Assembly: GCA_947625415.1 (NCBI GenBank)
Contig: CANQOG010000001.1
Span: 97,910-161,909, forward strand
Direction of reading: 5' to 3'
From: an uncultured Clostridia bacterium
GTDB lineage: Bacteria > Bacillota > Clostridia > TANB77 > CAG-508
DNA length: 64,000 nt
Shown: piece by piece, positions 34,661 to 45,900 of the stretch
How positions within the stretch are numbered: the stretch's first letter is position 1
Layout of the letters: every line of letters begins with the position of its first letter
Position numbers and translations under genes: made by a program
The notes under the pieces: model-generated
Told to the model about the DNA's origin: nothing
The model's input: the letters and a program-made list of their open reading frames with translations, nothing else
The model's database searches: none

Positions 34661-36436
34661 TTATTTATAATCTTGTCCTTGTTGGTCTTTATCTTTATCT
34701 TGTTTTAAAGAATCTACAACAGTTCTAGTTGAATCATAAGTATTTTTTTCATTAAAACCTTTATCATTTTTAGCTGCATCTGGTATTTCATCTGCTAAAT
34801 TCTTTTTTTGTATATTAGTTTCAGGTTCTTGCTCTTGTTTTTCTCTAGTTTGTCTTCCTATCTCTAAAAGCTTTCTTCCTTCTTTATTAGAAATATCAAT
34901 CTTTTCCGAAGCTAATTTCCAAAAATGAGTTTCTTCTTTAGAAACTCCTTGTTGGTTAAGGAAAATATTAACTAATTCATTAATATTTTTAGCTTTTCTT
35001 AATTCTTCTAATCTTCCTTCTTTATTTTGACCCAAAATCTCTTCTTGCATTTTTTCATTTTTAAGTAAATTTCTAACCTGAAATTCAAATTCAGAATTAA
35101 CCCTAATACCATAGTTTGGTTTTAAAATTTTCTCTGTATAATCTAATCTTCCATATTCATCAATAGTATATCCTAAATCAGAAACTTCTTTTGTAGGTGG
35201 ATTTTCGATTACTATTTGCTCTTTATTTTGTTCATAAATATCTAATATAGCTTCTACAACTGTCAAACCAGCTTTAGCTGAAGACTTCCAACTATCACTA
35301 TTTGATTTTTGAGCACTTTCATATTTTGCTTGTTTTTCATCTAAAATACTTTCAAACATAGCCTTTACGTCATAACCCATTTTTCCAAGTTCTACCATAT
35401 TATAAAGTATAAATTGCTTACACATTTCTTTGTCTCTAAATTGAGTACCTGAACATCTCATTACTTCTTGTAAAGCTTCAAATATATTTTTAGGATTATT
35501 ATAGCCCCTTTGAGAAGTCATAGCATCAAAACTGTCTATCATAGTAATTATATTTGAGTAATCATTGTCAGTATTCACTTTTCCATGATGTCCAACCATT
35601 CCTTCTTTCTCTGATTCTGAAATAATTTTTGGATTATTTATTATAATTCCACCTAATTCATCATGCGGGTTCATTTGTTCGACTTCATTTCCCAAACTTA
35701 GACCAGTATATAATACATCAACTGGCATCGCAATTTTTCCAGTATCATGTATCATAGCAGAGTATTTCATTGATTTTACAGTCTCTTCGTCATATTCTAA
35801 AAATTTAGCAAACGCTTCGGTCATTTTTCCAACTGAAACTACATGGTCATAAGTAACATAATCATATCCAGCTTTTTCATCTTTTCTTCGTAAAGCTTCT
35901 AAAACTTGATTAACTATTACATCTCTTATTGCATCTCTATCAAGCATAATTCCTTTTACTGATTCTCTATATTCTATAGAAGATATATATATTGAATCTA
36001 AATATCCCTCAATATCTTTTTCAGCTGAAACATTTATAGGAATTATTTCAGCTTCATTTGTTTCTAATTCTTCTTGAAATTTATTATTATATTTTCCTAC
36101 TTTAGTTTTAGTCATTTCTTTTCTAACATAAGGCAAAAAATTAACATCAGCCATATTTATTCCGGAATTTTTTAAAGCTTTAAAAGTATTATTTATTTTT
36201 TCATCGTCTGAGTTTTTTTCATTTGAATTTTCTTCCTTTGGTTCAAAAAATTTGGCATCAAAAAGTACTGTATGAAAAGTTTTTGCCTCAATTTCTTCTG
36301 CACTCATACCAGTAATATTTTCAATTACTATATGAAAATCATCATCATTAAGATTCTTTTCTTTAAAGTATTCTTCAGCTCTTTTGTAAACCTCATCATC
36401 TTCTTTTCCGATATAACCTATTTTAAATTCAATCAT
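34661..36436 (-). CDS. HD-domain (HD-GYP-like, degenerate) phosphohydrolase with long N- and C-terminal extensions
   Basis: HD motif region (AMIHDTGKIAMP, GHHGKVNTD, IDSFDAMTSQRGY). Confidence 0.7.
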   Translation of the reverse strand: MIEFKIGYIGKEDDEVYKRAEEYFKEKNLNDDDFHIVIENITGMSAEEIEAKTFHTVLFDAKFFEPKEENSNEKNSDDEKINNTFKALKNSGINMADVNFLPYVRKEMTKTKVGKYNNKFQEELETNEAEIIPINVSAEKDIEGYLDSIYISSIEYRESVKGIMLDRDAIRDVIVNQVLEALRRKDEKAGYDYVTYDHVVSVGKMTEAFAKFLEYDEETVKSMKYSAMIHDTGKIAMPVDVLYTGLSLGNEVEQMNPHDELGGIIINNPKIISESEKEGMVGHHGKVNTDNDYSNIITMIDSFDAMTSQRGYNNPKNIFEALQEVMRCSGTQFRDKEMCKQFILYNMVELGKMGYDVKAMFESILDEKQAKYESAQKSNSDSWKSSAKAGLTVVEAILDIYEQNKEQIVIENPPTKEVSDLGYTIDEYGRLDYTEKILKPNYGIRVNSEFEFQVRNLLKNEKMQEEILGQNKEGRLEELRKAKNINELVNIFLNQQGVSKEETHFWKLASEKIDISNKEGRKLLEIGRQTREKQEQEPETNIQKKNLADEIPDAAKNDKGFNEKNTYDSTRTVVDSLKQDKDKDQQGQDYK

Positions 36437-36442
36437 TAGTTT

Positions 36443-37585
36443 CTATTCCTTCTCTTTCTTTTTTTCTTTCTCTCTTTCGTCAATAAAATCAAGTACAAAT
36501 ATCTTTATTAAGCCTATTAATGGAACAGCTAAAAACATTCCAACTACTCCAAACCAAGCTCCAAAAATTGTTACAGAGAATATTATTAATATTCTACTGA
36601 TGTCTAATGAATCACCTAAAATCTTAGGATTTATAATGTTTGCATCAACTTGTTGTAAAATTATAACTACTAAAGCAAGCCATAAAGCTTGAGCAAAACC
36701 ACCTGTAAAGATTGTTACAATTACAGCAATTCCTACTGCAATTATCGCACCAAAATATGGAATAATGTTAAATAATCCAATTAAGAAGCCAAGTAAACCT
36801 GCATATTTAACATTCATTATAAGCATAGCAATTGTAGTAATTATTCCTACAATAATTGCATCAAAAATTTGAGCAGAAATAAATTTATAGAATAAATTAT
36901 TTGTTTTTTCATAATATCTAGCAATTTTTCGATATCCTTCTTTAGTACATAAAGCATTAAATAAATGTTTTAAGAAATTTTTTATACTGCTTCTTTCTAT
37001 TAAAATATAAAATGAAACTACTAATGTAATAAATATATCAAAAATTATTCCAGCAAAACTTGTTATTGCTCTTATATATTTACTTATATTGTCATAATCA
37101 AGAGTATTTATAATCGTTTCAGGTATATTAGCTTTTTCAAGCTTTTTTACATAGCTTATAGCATCAATTCTAGTTAATATAGAATCATTTGGTTGATTTT
37201 CTAAAAACTCAATTGTTTTATTATAATAATTCGGCAAGCTATTTGCTAGCTCAATTATACTTTCATATAATATAGGAATAACTAATTTTATTACTAATAC
37301 TATAATTAAAATCATCAAAATGTAAATTATTGCTATTGCTAAAAATCTAGCTCTCTTTTTAATAAAGTTCCATTTGACTTTTCTTATTAAACCTTCAATT
37401 TTTCTACAAGGAAAATAAAGTAAATATGCTAATAATAATGCAAAACCAAAAGGCGCTAAAACTTTTATGATTTCTCCTACCCATGAAAAAACTATATCTA
37501 CACTATCAATAGTTTTATAGATAGTAATCAGAGCTACTGCAAAGATAAACCAGCCTATATACTTTCTAAATCTTTTCTCACTCAT
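36443..37585 (-). CDS. AI-2E family transporter (PerM/UPF0118)
   Basis: Polytopic membrane protein of about 380 aa with the family pattern (NIIPYFGAIIA, NIINPKILGDSL). Confidence 0.8.
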   Translation of the reverse strand: MSEKRFRKYIGWFIFAVALITIYKTIDSVDIVFSWVGEIIKVLAPFGFALLLAYLLYFPCRKIEGLIRKVKWNFIKKRARFLAIAIIYILMILIIVLVIKLVIPILYESIIELANSLPNYYNKTIEFLENQPNDSILTRIDAISYVKKLEKANIPETIINTLDYDNISKYIRAITSFAGIIFDIFITLVVSFYILIERSSIKNFLKHLFNALCTKEGYRKIARYYEKTNNLFYKFISAQIFDAIIVGIITTIAMLIMNVKYAGLLGFLIGLFNIIPYFGAIIAVGIAVIVTIFTGGFAQALWLALVVIILQQVDANIINPKILGDSLDISRILIIFSVTIFGAWFGVVGMFLAVPLIGLIKIFVLDFIDEREKEKKKEKE

Positions 37586-37683
37586 TTTCTTTTCTTTCCG
37601 TTCAAATTACAATAATCATCTTGCATAGTTAAACTTCACTCGTTTTCTTAACAATATAATCATTCTAATTCAAACTAATTTTA

Positions 37684-38448
37684 TCATATATTCAAATTAT
37701 CCAAATCCAACTCAACTGGACAATGATCACTTCCAAAAATTTCTGAATGGATTTTAGCTTCTGTAATTTTTGAAGCAATTTTTTTTGATACTATAAAATA
37801 ATCAATTCTCCACCCAATATTTTTTTCTCTTGCTCTTCCCATATAAGACCACCAACTATAAGAATCTGTCTTATCTGGATATAAATATCTAAAAGAATCT
37901 ACAAAACCACTATTTAATAAATTTGTCATTTGACTTCTTTCTTCATCAGTAAATCCAGCATTTCCTCTATTTGACTTTGGATTTTTTAAATCTATTTCAT
38001 TATGAGCTACATTTAAATCTCCACATAATATAACAGGCTTTACTTTATCCAAATTTACAAGATAATTTCTAAAATCGTCTTCCCACTTCATTCTATAATC
38101 TAGTCTTTCTAAATCTCTTCTAGCATTTGGAGTATAACAATTGACTAAGAAAAATTTTTCAAATTCTAAAGTAATAACTCGCCCTTCATTATCATGTTCA
38201 TCTATATTAATTCCATAACTTACATTTAATGGCTTAATTTTAGTAAAGATAGCAGTTCCTGAATATCCTTTTCTAATTGCACTATTAAAATATTGTGTAT
38301 ATCCATTAAATGATATTTCAAGTTGATTTTCCTGCATTTTCGTTTCCTGAATACACAAAATATCACAATTTAGCTTTTCAAATGATTCATTAAACCCTTT
38401 ATTTACAATAGCTCTTAATCCATTTACGTTCCATGAAATTAGTTTCAA
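37684..38448 (-). CDS. xth: Exodeoxyribonuclease III
   Basis: MKLISWNVNGLRA, CIQETK, GDLNVAH and SDHCPV motifs of the ExoIII/APE1 family. TTG start. Confidence 0.9.
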   Translation of the reverse strand: MKLISWNVNGLRAIVNKGFNESFEKLNCDILCIQETKMQENQLEISFNGYTQYFNSAIRKGYSGTAIFTKIKPLNVSYGINIDEHDNEGRVITLEFEKFFLVNCYTPNARRDLERLDYRMKWEDDFRNYLVNLDKVKPVILCGDLNVAHNEIDLKNPKSNRGNAGFTDEERSQMTNLLNSGFVDSFRYLYPDKTDSYSWWSYMGRAREKNIGWRIDYFIVSKKIASKITEAKIHSEIFGSDHCPVELDLDNLNI

Positions 38449-38520
38449 CTTTAGCTATCTCCTCAATATAAATATATATGTTATATTATATTTATAATTT
38501 TTTAAAATTTCAATACATTT

Positions 38521-38892
38521 TTACCAAAAAACATTTTTTATATGATTTATTATTGACATTTTATCATTTAAATAAACTTCAATTACATCAAATCTTATAA
38601 ATTCATTTGATAAGTTATTTATATATAAAAAATAATTTGCTACATTATAAATATGCTTTCTTTTAAAATATGTAACCGACTCAGCTGGAAACCCATATTT
38701 TATTCCTTTTCTAGTTTTTATTTCAGCAAAAACTATTTCTCTTTCATCTTTAAAAATTGTATCTATTTCTCCCAAATGACATTTAAAGTTTTTTGCTAAA
38801 ATTTTATACCCACTTTTAATTAGATATTTGTCTACAATTTTCTCACCAAAGTCTCCTTTTACTTTATTTTCACTCTTTATACTTTTTGACAT
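38521..38892 (-). CDS. yraN: YraN-family (UPF0102) endonuclease-like protein
   Basis: Pattern GE..A..YL...GY.IL..N......GEID.I......IVF.EVK.R typical of YraN. Confidence 0.8.
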   Translation of the reverse strand: MSKSIKSENKVKGDFGEKIVDKYLIKSGYKILAKNFKCHLGEIDTIFKDEREIVFAEIKTRKGIKYGFPAESVTYFKRKHIYNVANYFLYINNLSNEFIRFDVIEVYLNDKMSIINHIKNVFW

Positions 38893-39751
38893 ATCCGAGC
38901 TCCTGGTATTTCATCAATTAAATCTTCTATCTCCATAAGACTTAACAAATTTGATGTACATTTTATATCATTTTGTGTTTTAATAGAAATTTCATCAATA
39001 CTTATTGGAATATCTGTTAAAATATTATAAATTTTTCTATATTCTTTTTTTACAAAATCATTATGCTTTACAAAAATTCTTTCTATTCCTTGCAATTCTG
39101 GAATTTCATCTATTATATCATTTGGTAAAGTAACTAGAATTGCTCCTTTTTTAATTAATTTATTTACACCAATTCCATTAATACTATCAAGACGTCCGAG
39201 GAAAAGCAAAAACCTTTTTTCCTTGCTCCATAGCAAATTTAGCTGTAATTGAACTTCCGCTTCTATATTTTGCTTCAACTACTAAAACTCCAAGAGACAA
39301 TCCAGCAATTATTCTATTTCTAATAGGAAAATTCTTACTTAAAGGCTCTTGATTATCTTCAAATTCACTAATAACTAAACTTCCTTCATTAATAATTCTT
39401 TCATATAATTCTATATTTTCTGGAGGATAGATATTATTAAAACCCCCTCCCAAAACAGCAATAGTTTTCCCTCCAACATTTAGAGTTTCTTTATGCGCTA
39501 CGCTATCCGCTCCTATAGCTAATCCGACTTACAATAGTTGTTCGTGTACGCGCAATTCTATTTACGAAAAGTTTTTCTATATGTCTACCATAGTCAGTTA
39601 AATCTCTACTCCCAACTACTGAAAAGCATTTCGTATTTAATAAATTTATATCGCCTTTATAATATAATTTTTGTGGCGGATTTTTTATTTTTCTTAAACT
39701 TTCAGGATATTTTTCGTCATCTATATCAATATAATTTGTCAATATTCTCAC
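38870..39751 (-). CDS. dprA: DNA-processing protein DprA, reconstructed across three CGG frame breaks
   Basis: ORFs 39503..39751, 39187..39453 and 38877..39278 join at CGG 39524..39526 (IVS-G-LAIGADSVAHKETLNVGGKTIAVLGGGFNNIYPPEN) and 39196..39198 (KKVFAFP-G-RLDSINGIGVNKLIKKGAILV). A third CGG at 38895..38897 only changes the last few residues (A-G-YVKKYKE, stop TGA 38870..38872). 882 nt minus 3 gives 293 codons. Confidence 0.85.
38894..38897 (-). other. In-frame CGG near the dprA 3' end (CGGA), possible site 3
   Basis: GGA GCT CGG ATA. The zero frame ends after 6 more codons and the +1 frame after 8. No homology discriminates between the two, so this site is included only by analogy. Confidence 0.45.
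39195..39198 (-). other. In-frame CGG frame-break site (CGGA read as Gly), dprA site 2
   Basis: TTT CCT CGG ACG; +1 gives AFP-G-RLDSINGIGVNKLIK. Confidence 0.8.
39523..39526 (-). other. In-frame CGG frame-break site (CGGA read as Gly), dprA site 1
   Basis: GTA AGT CGG ATT; +1 gives IVS-G-LAIGADSVAH. Confidence 0.8.
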
Positions 39752-39754
39752 CTC

Positions 39755-41277
39755 TTATCTCTTATCAAGTAACCTATATCTTAAAGCTTCCAAAATATGA
39801 TTATCCTCAATATCCTTACTTTCTTCTAAATCTGCAATTGTTCTTGCAACTTTTAAAATTTTTGAATAACTTCTAGCGCTCAAACTATTTTTATTAAAAT
39901 ATTTTTCTAAAATTACTTTTGAACTTAATTTTAATGGACAAAATTTTTCAATTAATTTTGAATTAAGTTCACTATTTGAAAAAATTCCATATTCTTTATA
40001 TCTTTCTTTTTGAATATTTCTTGCCTCATTTACTCTTTGTTTAATTTGTTCAGAACTTTCTTCTTCAGAATTATTTAAGTTTTCAAATTTAATATTAGAA
40101 ACCTCAATATGTAAATCAATTCTATCTAAAAGCGGACCACTTATCTTATTTTTATAATTTATGATTTGTTGTTCTGTGCATCTACATTTTCTTTCTCTAT
40201 CACCAAAATATCCACATGGACAAGGATTCATACTTGCCACTAACATAAAATTACAAGGATAGGTTAAACTTGACCTAACTCTACTAATTGAAACAACTCT
40301 ATCTTCTAAGGGACCTCTTAAAACCTCTAAACTTGATCTTTTAAATTCTGGAAGCTCATCTAAAAATAAAACTCCATTATGAGCAAGACTCACTTCTCCG
40401 TGGTTTAGGAACTGTTCCTCCGCCCAATCATGCTTGTTGCTGAAATAGTATGATGTGGGCTTCTAAATGGTCTTATAGTCATCAAACTATTATTATTGTT
40501 TTTACCAACTATACTATAAATTTTAGTAACCTCTAAAGATTCTTCAAAGCTCATGTCTGGAAGAATTGTTACTATTCTTTTAGCCATCATTGTTTTACCA
40601 CATCCGGGATTTCCAATCATAAGTGCATTATGATTTCCAGCAACTGCTATCTCTAAAGCTCTTTTAGTAGCTTTTTGCCCTTTTACTTCATTAAAGTCAA
40701 TATCATAATTATTAGATGATTTTAATATTTTTTCTTCATCAAATTTTTCTTCTTTTAGTTCAAGTTTTCCATTCAAATAATTAATTACTTCTTGCAAACT
40801 AGAAACTCCAAAGACTTTTAAGCCTTCTACACAAGAGGCTTCTAAAGAATTTTTCTTTGGAACTATAACTTTTTTTATTCCATATTTTAAAGCTTCTATA
40901 CACATTGGTAAAACTCCATTAACACTTTCAACATTTCCATCTAAAGATAATTCCCCAATAAAAATTGTATCATCTATTTTTATATTTTCGCCTATTTCAC
41001 CAGAAGCCTGTAAAATTCCAACAGCTATTGCTAAATCAAATATTGAACCTTGCTTTCTTATATTTGCTGGTGATAAATTTATAACATATTTTCTACTTAA
41101 TAAATTTATCCCACAGTTTTTAATAGATGTTCTTACTCTTTCTTTTGATTCTTTAACACTTACATCTGCAAGCCCAATTGTATCCCATGATGGAAGTCCA
41201 CTTGAAATGTCAATTTCTATTCTAACTAAAATTCCATTAAGTCCTTGAAGCGCAATAGATTTAACGACTGACAACAA
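39755..41277 (-). CDS. comM: ComM/YifB Mg-chelatase-like ATPase, reconstructed across two CGG frame breaks
   Basis: ORFs 40405..41277 and 39755..40393 differ by +2. Reading CGG 40420..40422 and 40398..40400 as +1/Gly gives [37 protein letters not shown], the ComM signature. Walker A is GNPGCGKT. 1523 nt minus 2 gives 507 codons. Confidence 0.9.
40397..40400 (-). other. In-frame CGG frame-break site (CGGA read as Gly), comM site 2
   Basis: AAA CCA CGG AGA; +1 gives [21 protein letters not shown]. Confidence 0.85.
40419..40422 (-). other. In-frame CGG frame-break site (CGGA read as Gly), comM site 1
   Basis: ATT GGG CGG AGG; +1 gives [10 protein letters not shown]. Confidence 0.8.
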
Positions 41278-41341
41278 TAACGCATCACTCCTTACTTCTT
41301 ATAAAATTATAAAATTTAACTAATTTTTGATTTTTGAAAAT

Positions 41342-41360
41342 TTTTGACGAATTGTCAAAA
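41342..41360. promoter_or_regulatory. Palindrome TTTTGAC-gaatt-GTCAAAA in the comM leader (possible operator or second -35)
   Basis: Perfect 7-bp inverted repeat with a 5-nt spacer, located between the comM promoter and its start codon. Confidence 0.3.
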
Positions 41361-41387
41361 GAATTTTTTGAAACAAATTGTATTCGC

Positions 41388-41416
41388 ATTGTACAACAGA
41401 AAATTTTAATTGTCAA
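41388..41416 (-). promoter_or_regulatory. Near-consensus sigma-A promoter upstream of comM
   Basis: The minus strand reads TTGACA (41416..41411), a 17-nt spacer attaaaattttctgttg, then TACAAT (41393..41388). Confidence 0.6.
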
Positions 41417-41464
41417 TATAAAAGTTTAAATTTTTTATTTATTTTTTAAAATTTTAACAAGTTA

Positions 41465-41659
41465 TTAAGGATTTATATTTAATTCTTCCTCCAGTTTATC
41501 GATATTTTGTTTTAACTCCTCTATTGTACAAACTTTATCATTTTTAATATTATCTTTGCTTTCCTGTAGTTTTGCAAAGAAAAATAAATCATAAATAAAA
41601 TCATATAAAGTATTTTCTTTTGTATTAACTTCATTTAAAACTTTTCTCATAAAGTCCAT
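41465..41659 (-). CDS. Hypothetical small protein (antitoxin-like helical C-terminus; weak call)
   Basis: 64-aa ORF, second gene of a two-gene operon with its own consensus-like promoter. Confidence 0.4.
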   Translation of the reverse strand: MDFMRKVLNEVNTKENTLYDFIYDLFFFAKLQESKDNIKNDKVCTIEELKQNIDKLEEELNINP

Positions 41660-41674
41660 TATTAAAGCCTCCTT

Positions 41675-41887
41675 TTAGCTTGGATTTTTACTCTCAAAAA
41701 TTTCTTTTAATGTTTCATAATTGAAATGTTTATCAGTACCAGGAATAATAGTTGTTTCATCTTCACCATATCTATTAATATACTCAAACATAAGTTTAAA
41801 CACCATTTCTGTTGGCTTTAAACCATCAAAATAGTCTTCTGGTACAGAATTAACAATATCAATCATTCTTTGTTTTACATCTGCCAT
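41675..41887 (-). CDS. Hypothetical small protein
   Basis: 70-aa ORF, first gene of the small two-gene operon. Confidence 0.4.
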   Translation of the reverse strand: MADVKQRMIDIVNSVPEDYFDGLKPTEMVFKLMFEYINRYGEDETTIIPGTDKHFNYETLKEIFESKNPS

Positions 41888-41969
41888 ATCTATAATTCCT
41901 TTCTTTTAAAATTTTTAATAATAGTATAGCATTTTTTTTTTACGATTCAATTTTAAAATTTGTAGTTGA

Positions 41970-41998
41970 ATTTTATTTCAGAAAATTTTAATTGTCAA
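41970..41998 (-). promoter_or_regulatory. Sigma-A promoter for the 41675..41887 / 41465..41659 operon. It shares a 22-nt module with the comM promoter.
   Basis: The minus strand reads TTGACA (41998..41993), a 17-nt spacer attaaaattttctgaaa, then TAAAAT (41975..41970). Confidence 0.5.
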
Positions 41999-42060
41999 TA
42001 CTTTATCTTGATTTTTTTAATAAAATATTATATATTTATGTAAATTGAGGAGATTTAATT

Positions 42061-42840
42061 ATGTACGAAAAAAATGGAAATGAAATCTTTCATGCTAAAA
42101 TAGATGACAAAATTAAATTTTGTAATAGTAAAAATAAAATTACACATACTGACTTTTTTACTGAACCTGAAATAATTAAAATTGAAAAATATCTAAATTC
42201 TATAAAGGTCAAAAATTATTTCTTTTTTGGAGGATTTAAAAACGCAAATAGAAAAATGCTCTTTTTTTATCCTGAAAAATTAACACTCGAAATGGCTATT
42301 TCAAATATAGATAAAGTCTTAGAAATTATTAGAATTACACTTCCTAATAGTCAAAAAGATAATTTCGAACATAGAGATTATTTAAGCGCTATTATGAAAT
42401 TAGGAATTGTTAGAGAAAAATTTGGTGACATTGTTGTATTTTCAGAAGGCGCTGATTTTGTCGTTCAAAAAGAAAATAGTAGTTACTTCAAAGATAACTT
42501 ATCAAAATTAATTAGATTTAAAAAATCAAATATAGAAGTTTTAAATATATCTGAAATTCATGAATATATACCAGAAACCGAAGAAATTTCTATAATTGTA
42601 AACTCCATGAGAATAGATAATTTTGTTTCAGAAATTTGTCATTGCTCGCGAAGTAAAGCTGAAGAAATTTTATTAGAAGAGCGTGTTATGATTAATTATG
42701 AAACCATTAGCAAAAATTCCAATATTGTAAAACCAAGTGATATCTTAACTATTCGAGGATTTGGAAGATTTATTGTAAAAGAAATTTCTCGAAAAACGAA
42801 ATCAGATAAAAATGTTGTCATTTTAATTCATAATAAATAG
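42061..42840 (+). CDS. ylmH: YlmH-like RNA-binding protein with a C-terminal S4 domain
   Basis: The SD GAGGAG lies upstream. The architecture and the C-terminal S4 pattern (RIDNFVSEICHCSRSKAEEILLEERVMINYE) resemble YlmH. A terminator lies downstream. Confidence 0.7.
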   Translation: MYEKNGNEIFHAKIDDKIKFCNSKNKITHTDFFTEPEIIKIEKYLNSIKVKNYFFFGGFKNANRKMLFFYPEKLTLEMAISNIDKVLEIIRITLPNSQKDNFEHRDYLSAIMKLGIVREKFGDIVVFSEGADFVVQKENSSYFKDNLSKLIRFKKSNIEVLNISEIHEYIPETEEISIIVNSMRIDNFVSEICHCSRSKAEEILLEERVMINYETISKNSNIVKPSDILTIRGFGRFIVKEISRKTKSDKNVVILIHNK

Positions 42841-42841
42841 A

Positions 42842-42877
42842 AACTCCCTTAACTAGCTGTTAAGGGAGTTTTTTTAT
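42842..42877 (+). terminator. Terminator after ylmH, also facing the 3' end of the giant adhesin gene
   Basis: AACTCCCTTAAC-tagct-GTTAAGGGAGTT hairpin followed by TTTTTT. Confidence 0.75.
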
Positions 42878-42928
42878 CTTTTATTTTTTATCTTTTGTTC
42901 GCTTATAATTTCTTTTGTTTTTTTCTCT

Positions 42929-45900
42929 TCATTTGTAAAATTTCTTTCTTTTTACAAATTGAACTGTTACATAACTCATTCCTGCTATAATTACTATAGT
43001 TGGAACAATTATTAATAATGAATCTACTGTTTTATTAATAATATTACTTATTTCTGATAAACCTGTTGGTGGAGAAAATGTTACATACTCTGTAAAGTCT
43101 GTATCAGTTTCTGGTTCAGCAACTTCTACTAAAGTTGATGGTTGTCCTGGTTCTCTATCAGGGTCATTAATTTGAATAGGCTCTGAAGTTGTATTTCCTA
43201 TATATCCAGTAACATTTACACTATTACTTACATAAGTTTTTCTACCAGCTGTGTTAGATACTTTTACTATCTCAGCAAGGTTGTCTATCTCTACTCCATC
43301 TAAGTCTACCTCAGAAGTTAATATTCTTGAAGCTTCCAAACTTGTTACATATAAATATCTAGAAAGCTCTTCTTTATAGTTTCCATCTTTATATGGATTT
43401 CCTATACTACTAATAGCATCACTATCTCTAATCTCTCCATTTCCATTAAAGTCATATTGCATATCAGTTTCATAGAATGTTTCAAAAGCAGATGTTCCAA
43501 CAGAAGCAAGTGGTGGTAAGAATTTATAGAAATATTTATTTACTGTACCATCTTCAATATTAAATGCTAAATTATTATTTCCAGTCTTGTTGTTTATATT
43601 ATAATAGTCTTGGTCTCCATCTGTAATTACTTCTGTTACACTCTTTATTGTTCCATCTGGATTATATACTACTTTTATGTCTTTTAATAAGCCTCTCTTA
43701 GCAATTTCTTCTGTATCATAAGTTAAATAAGTTATTTGATTATCTTCATTTAAGTTCTCTTCTGGTTTAAAGATTAAATCATTATCAACATAATCAATAA
43801 ATTGATTTACTCTTGTATTTACTACTGCTTCATTTATTTCTCCGCCAGAACCTGTTGAAATTTCATTATTATAATAAATATTTCCTAAGTAGTAACCAGG
43901 TTCATAATTAGATTGAACATATTTTCTAATATTTCTATAAGTATAAGCCTTTTTAACATTGTCTGAACCTATAGTATCAGCTGATTCAGGGTAACTATAC
44001 ATTTTAACATTGCTTGATTCATCATTACCAGCATTTCTTAATGGATTAATTGCTCCATCACCATTATATAATAATTGATATAAATAATTATTATTATATT
44101 TATATGTTCTTTCTTGATCATGAATAACATCTACTACTGTATCTCCAGTATCTGTAGTTTCTGTATTAAGCTCTGTTCCACTATCGTCATAAACTACTTC
44201 TAAATCAACTTCAGCTCTTTCTTCAATCTTATCTTCTAACCAACTTGCCAAGTGGTCAACCTCACTATTATTAGCCACAGCAATCTGGAATTTAATTGTA
44301 ATTGTCATACCTTGAAGAAGATCTGTATCAATGTTAGCATATCTGAAACCTTGAGTCATTCCTCGTCTATTTAATAGCTGAACTTCACTATATCCAACAG
44401 ATTTACTATAATTTGGAACTGATGTATGCTTAATTTGTCCTGTTTCATTTCCAAGTCCATCTAATTCCTTTTCATAAATTACATCAAAGAATATATCAAT
44501 TAAAGTACCTCCATCTGATGTAATTGCTCTAATTTCTGAAATATCATTCATAAGTTGAAGTTTAGTTTTTGGTCTTTCTATTAAACCAAAGTCTATATCT
44601 TTTACTGAATACCAATAAATTTTGTTTCTATCTTTACCATCAATAACTTTATCGCTTCCTGGATAATATCCATAATGCTCTATATTCATATTAAATGCTT
44701 TTGTATCAGCAAACATAGATGTATGTTCTGCTAACAATGTAGCTTCTTTAACATTATCAGGATTTAATGTAATTGATGAATCTGAAGATGTTGGGTCATT
44801 AGCTTTTAAAACAGTATCCATTGGGTATGTCATTGTTGTTGAATATTCATTTACTTCAAGTCTTCTAATTTCGTTATCTTTAGCAAGTGAATTAACATTA
44901 GTTAAATCTATGTCTGTATTAAATGAATTTAAGTCATATCCAAATGTTGTTACTTCTAGAACTTCATCTTCTTTATTAGGAGTTCCTACTTCTGTATATT
45001 TTGTTGACTGATAATCTTGTCCAGAATATCTAATAGTATTTCCATTTTGTGTAACAAAATATTCATCTTCATCACCATATACAAATCTTACTATATATAG
45101 TCCTGCATGAAGTCTATATCTATCATCTATTGAGTTAGATGAGCTTGTTCCAATACTTGAACTAAAGTCATCTCCGAAGTAATATCTACCATCGTCACCA
45201 GTTCTATACCACATTCCTGTATCTACTAAATATTCTTCTTGAACGGTTCCTCCTGATTTCTTTTGAATTACTTCATAAAGTTTAACTAATACATTTTGAG
45301 CCCAAATATCGTTTCCATCTTTTGTTCCATTACCAACTAACTGATTATCAGAAGTACTTGTAACAGATTTATCTATTTCTTCAAATACTACACCAGATAT
45401 ATTTCTATATGATTCTTTATCACCACTTGGTGGATTATCTGGTGGATTTTCAGGATCAACTGGTGGTGTTCCTGGTGGGTCAGTTGGCGTTGGTGGTGGG
45501 CTATCTGGATGGTCTCTTAATACCACTGCTATACCAGTTTCAAATGTATCATCTTCATAAGTTGAAGGGTCAGATCCAATATCAACGTTTCCTGGATTTG
45601 AGTTCTTATCAACTAAACCAGCTGGTGTTGAACCACTATCTTCATAGAAAGAATATGCTCCAATTTCAGCTAAATTGTATTTCAAATCCTCTAACTCATC
45701 TGACAATTTATCTACTTCAATATAGCCATTATTTTTCTTTACTTTGTATTTTAAGTATACATTAAGTGAGGCTCCTGGTCCTAATACTTTATCTGACATT
45801 GCATCACCTGTAATATAACTTACATTTTCGCCACTAGCAGGATTTCCAAAACTAGAACCTCCACTTGAAGTAAGTATAATTCCACTGTCTTCTGAATCTA

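Noticed and set aside
41465-41887. A toxin-antitoxin pair formed by the two small ORFs
   Set aside because: There is only a vague antitoxin-like C-terminal helix pattern in one of them, and no recognisable toxin fold or motif.
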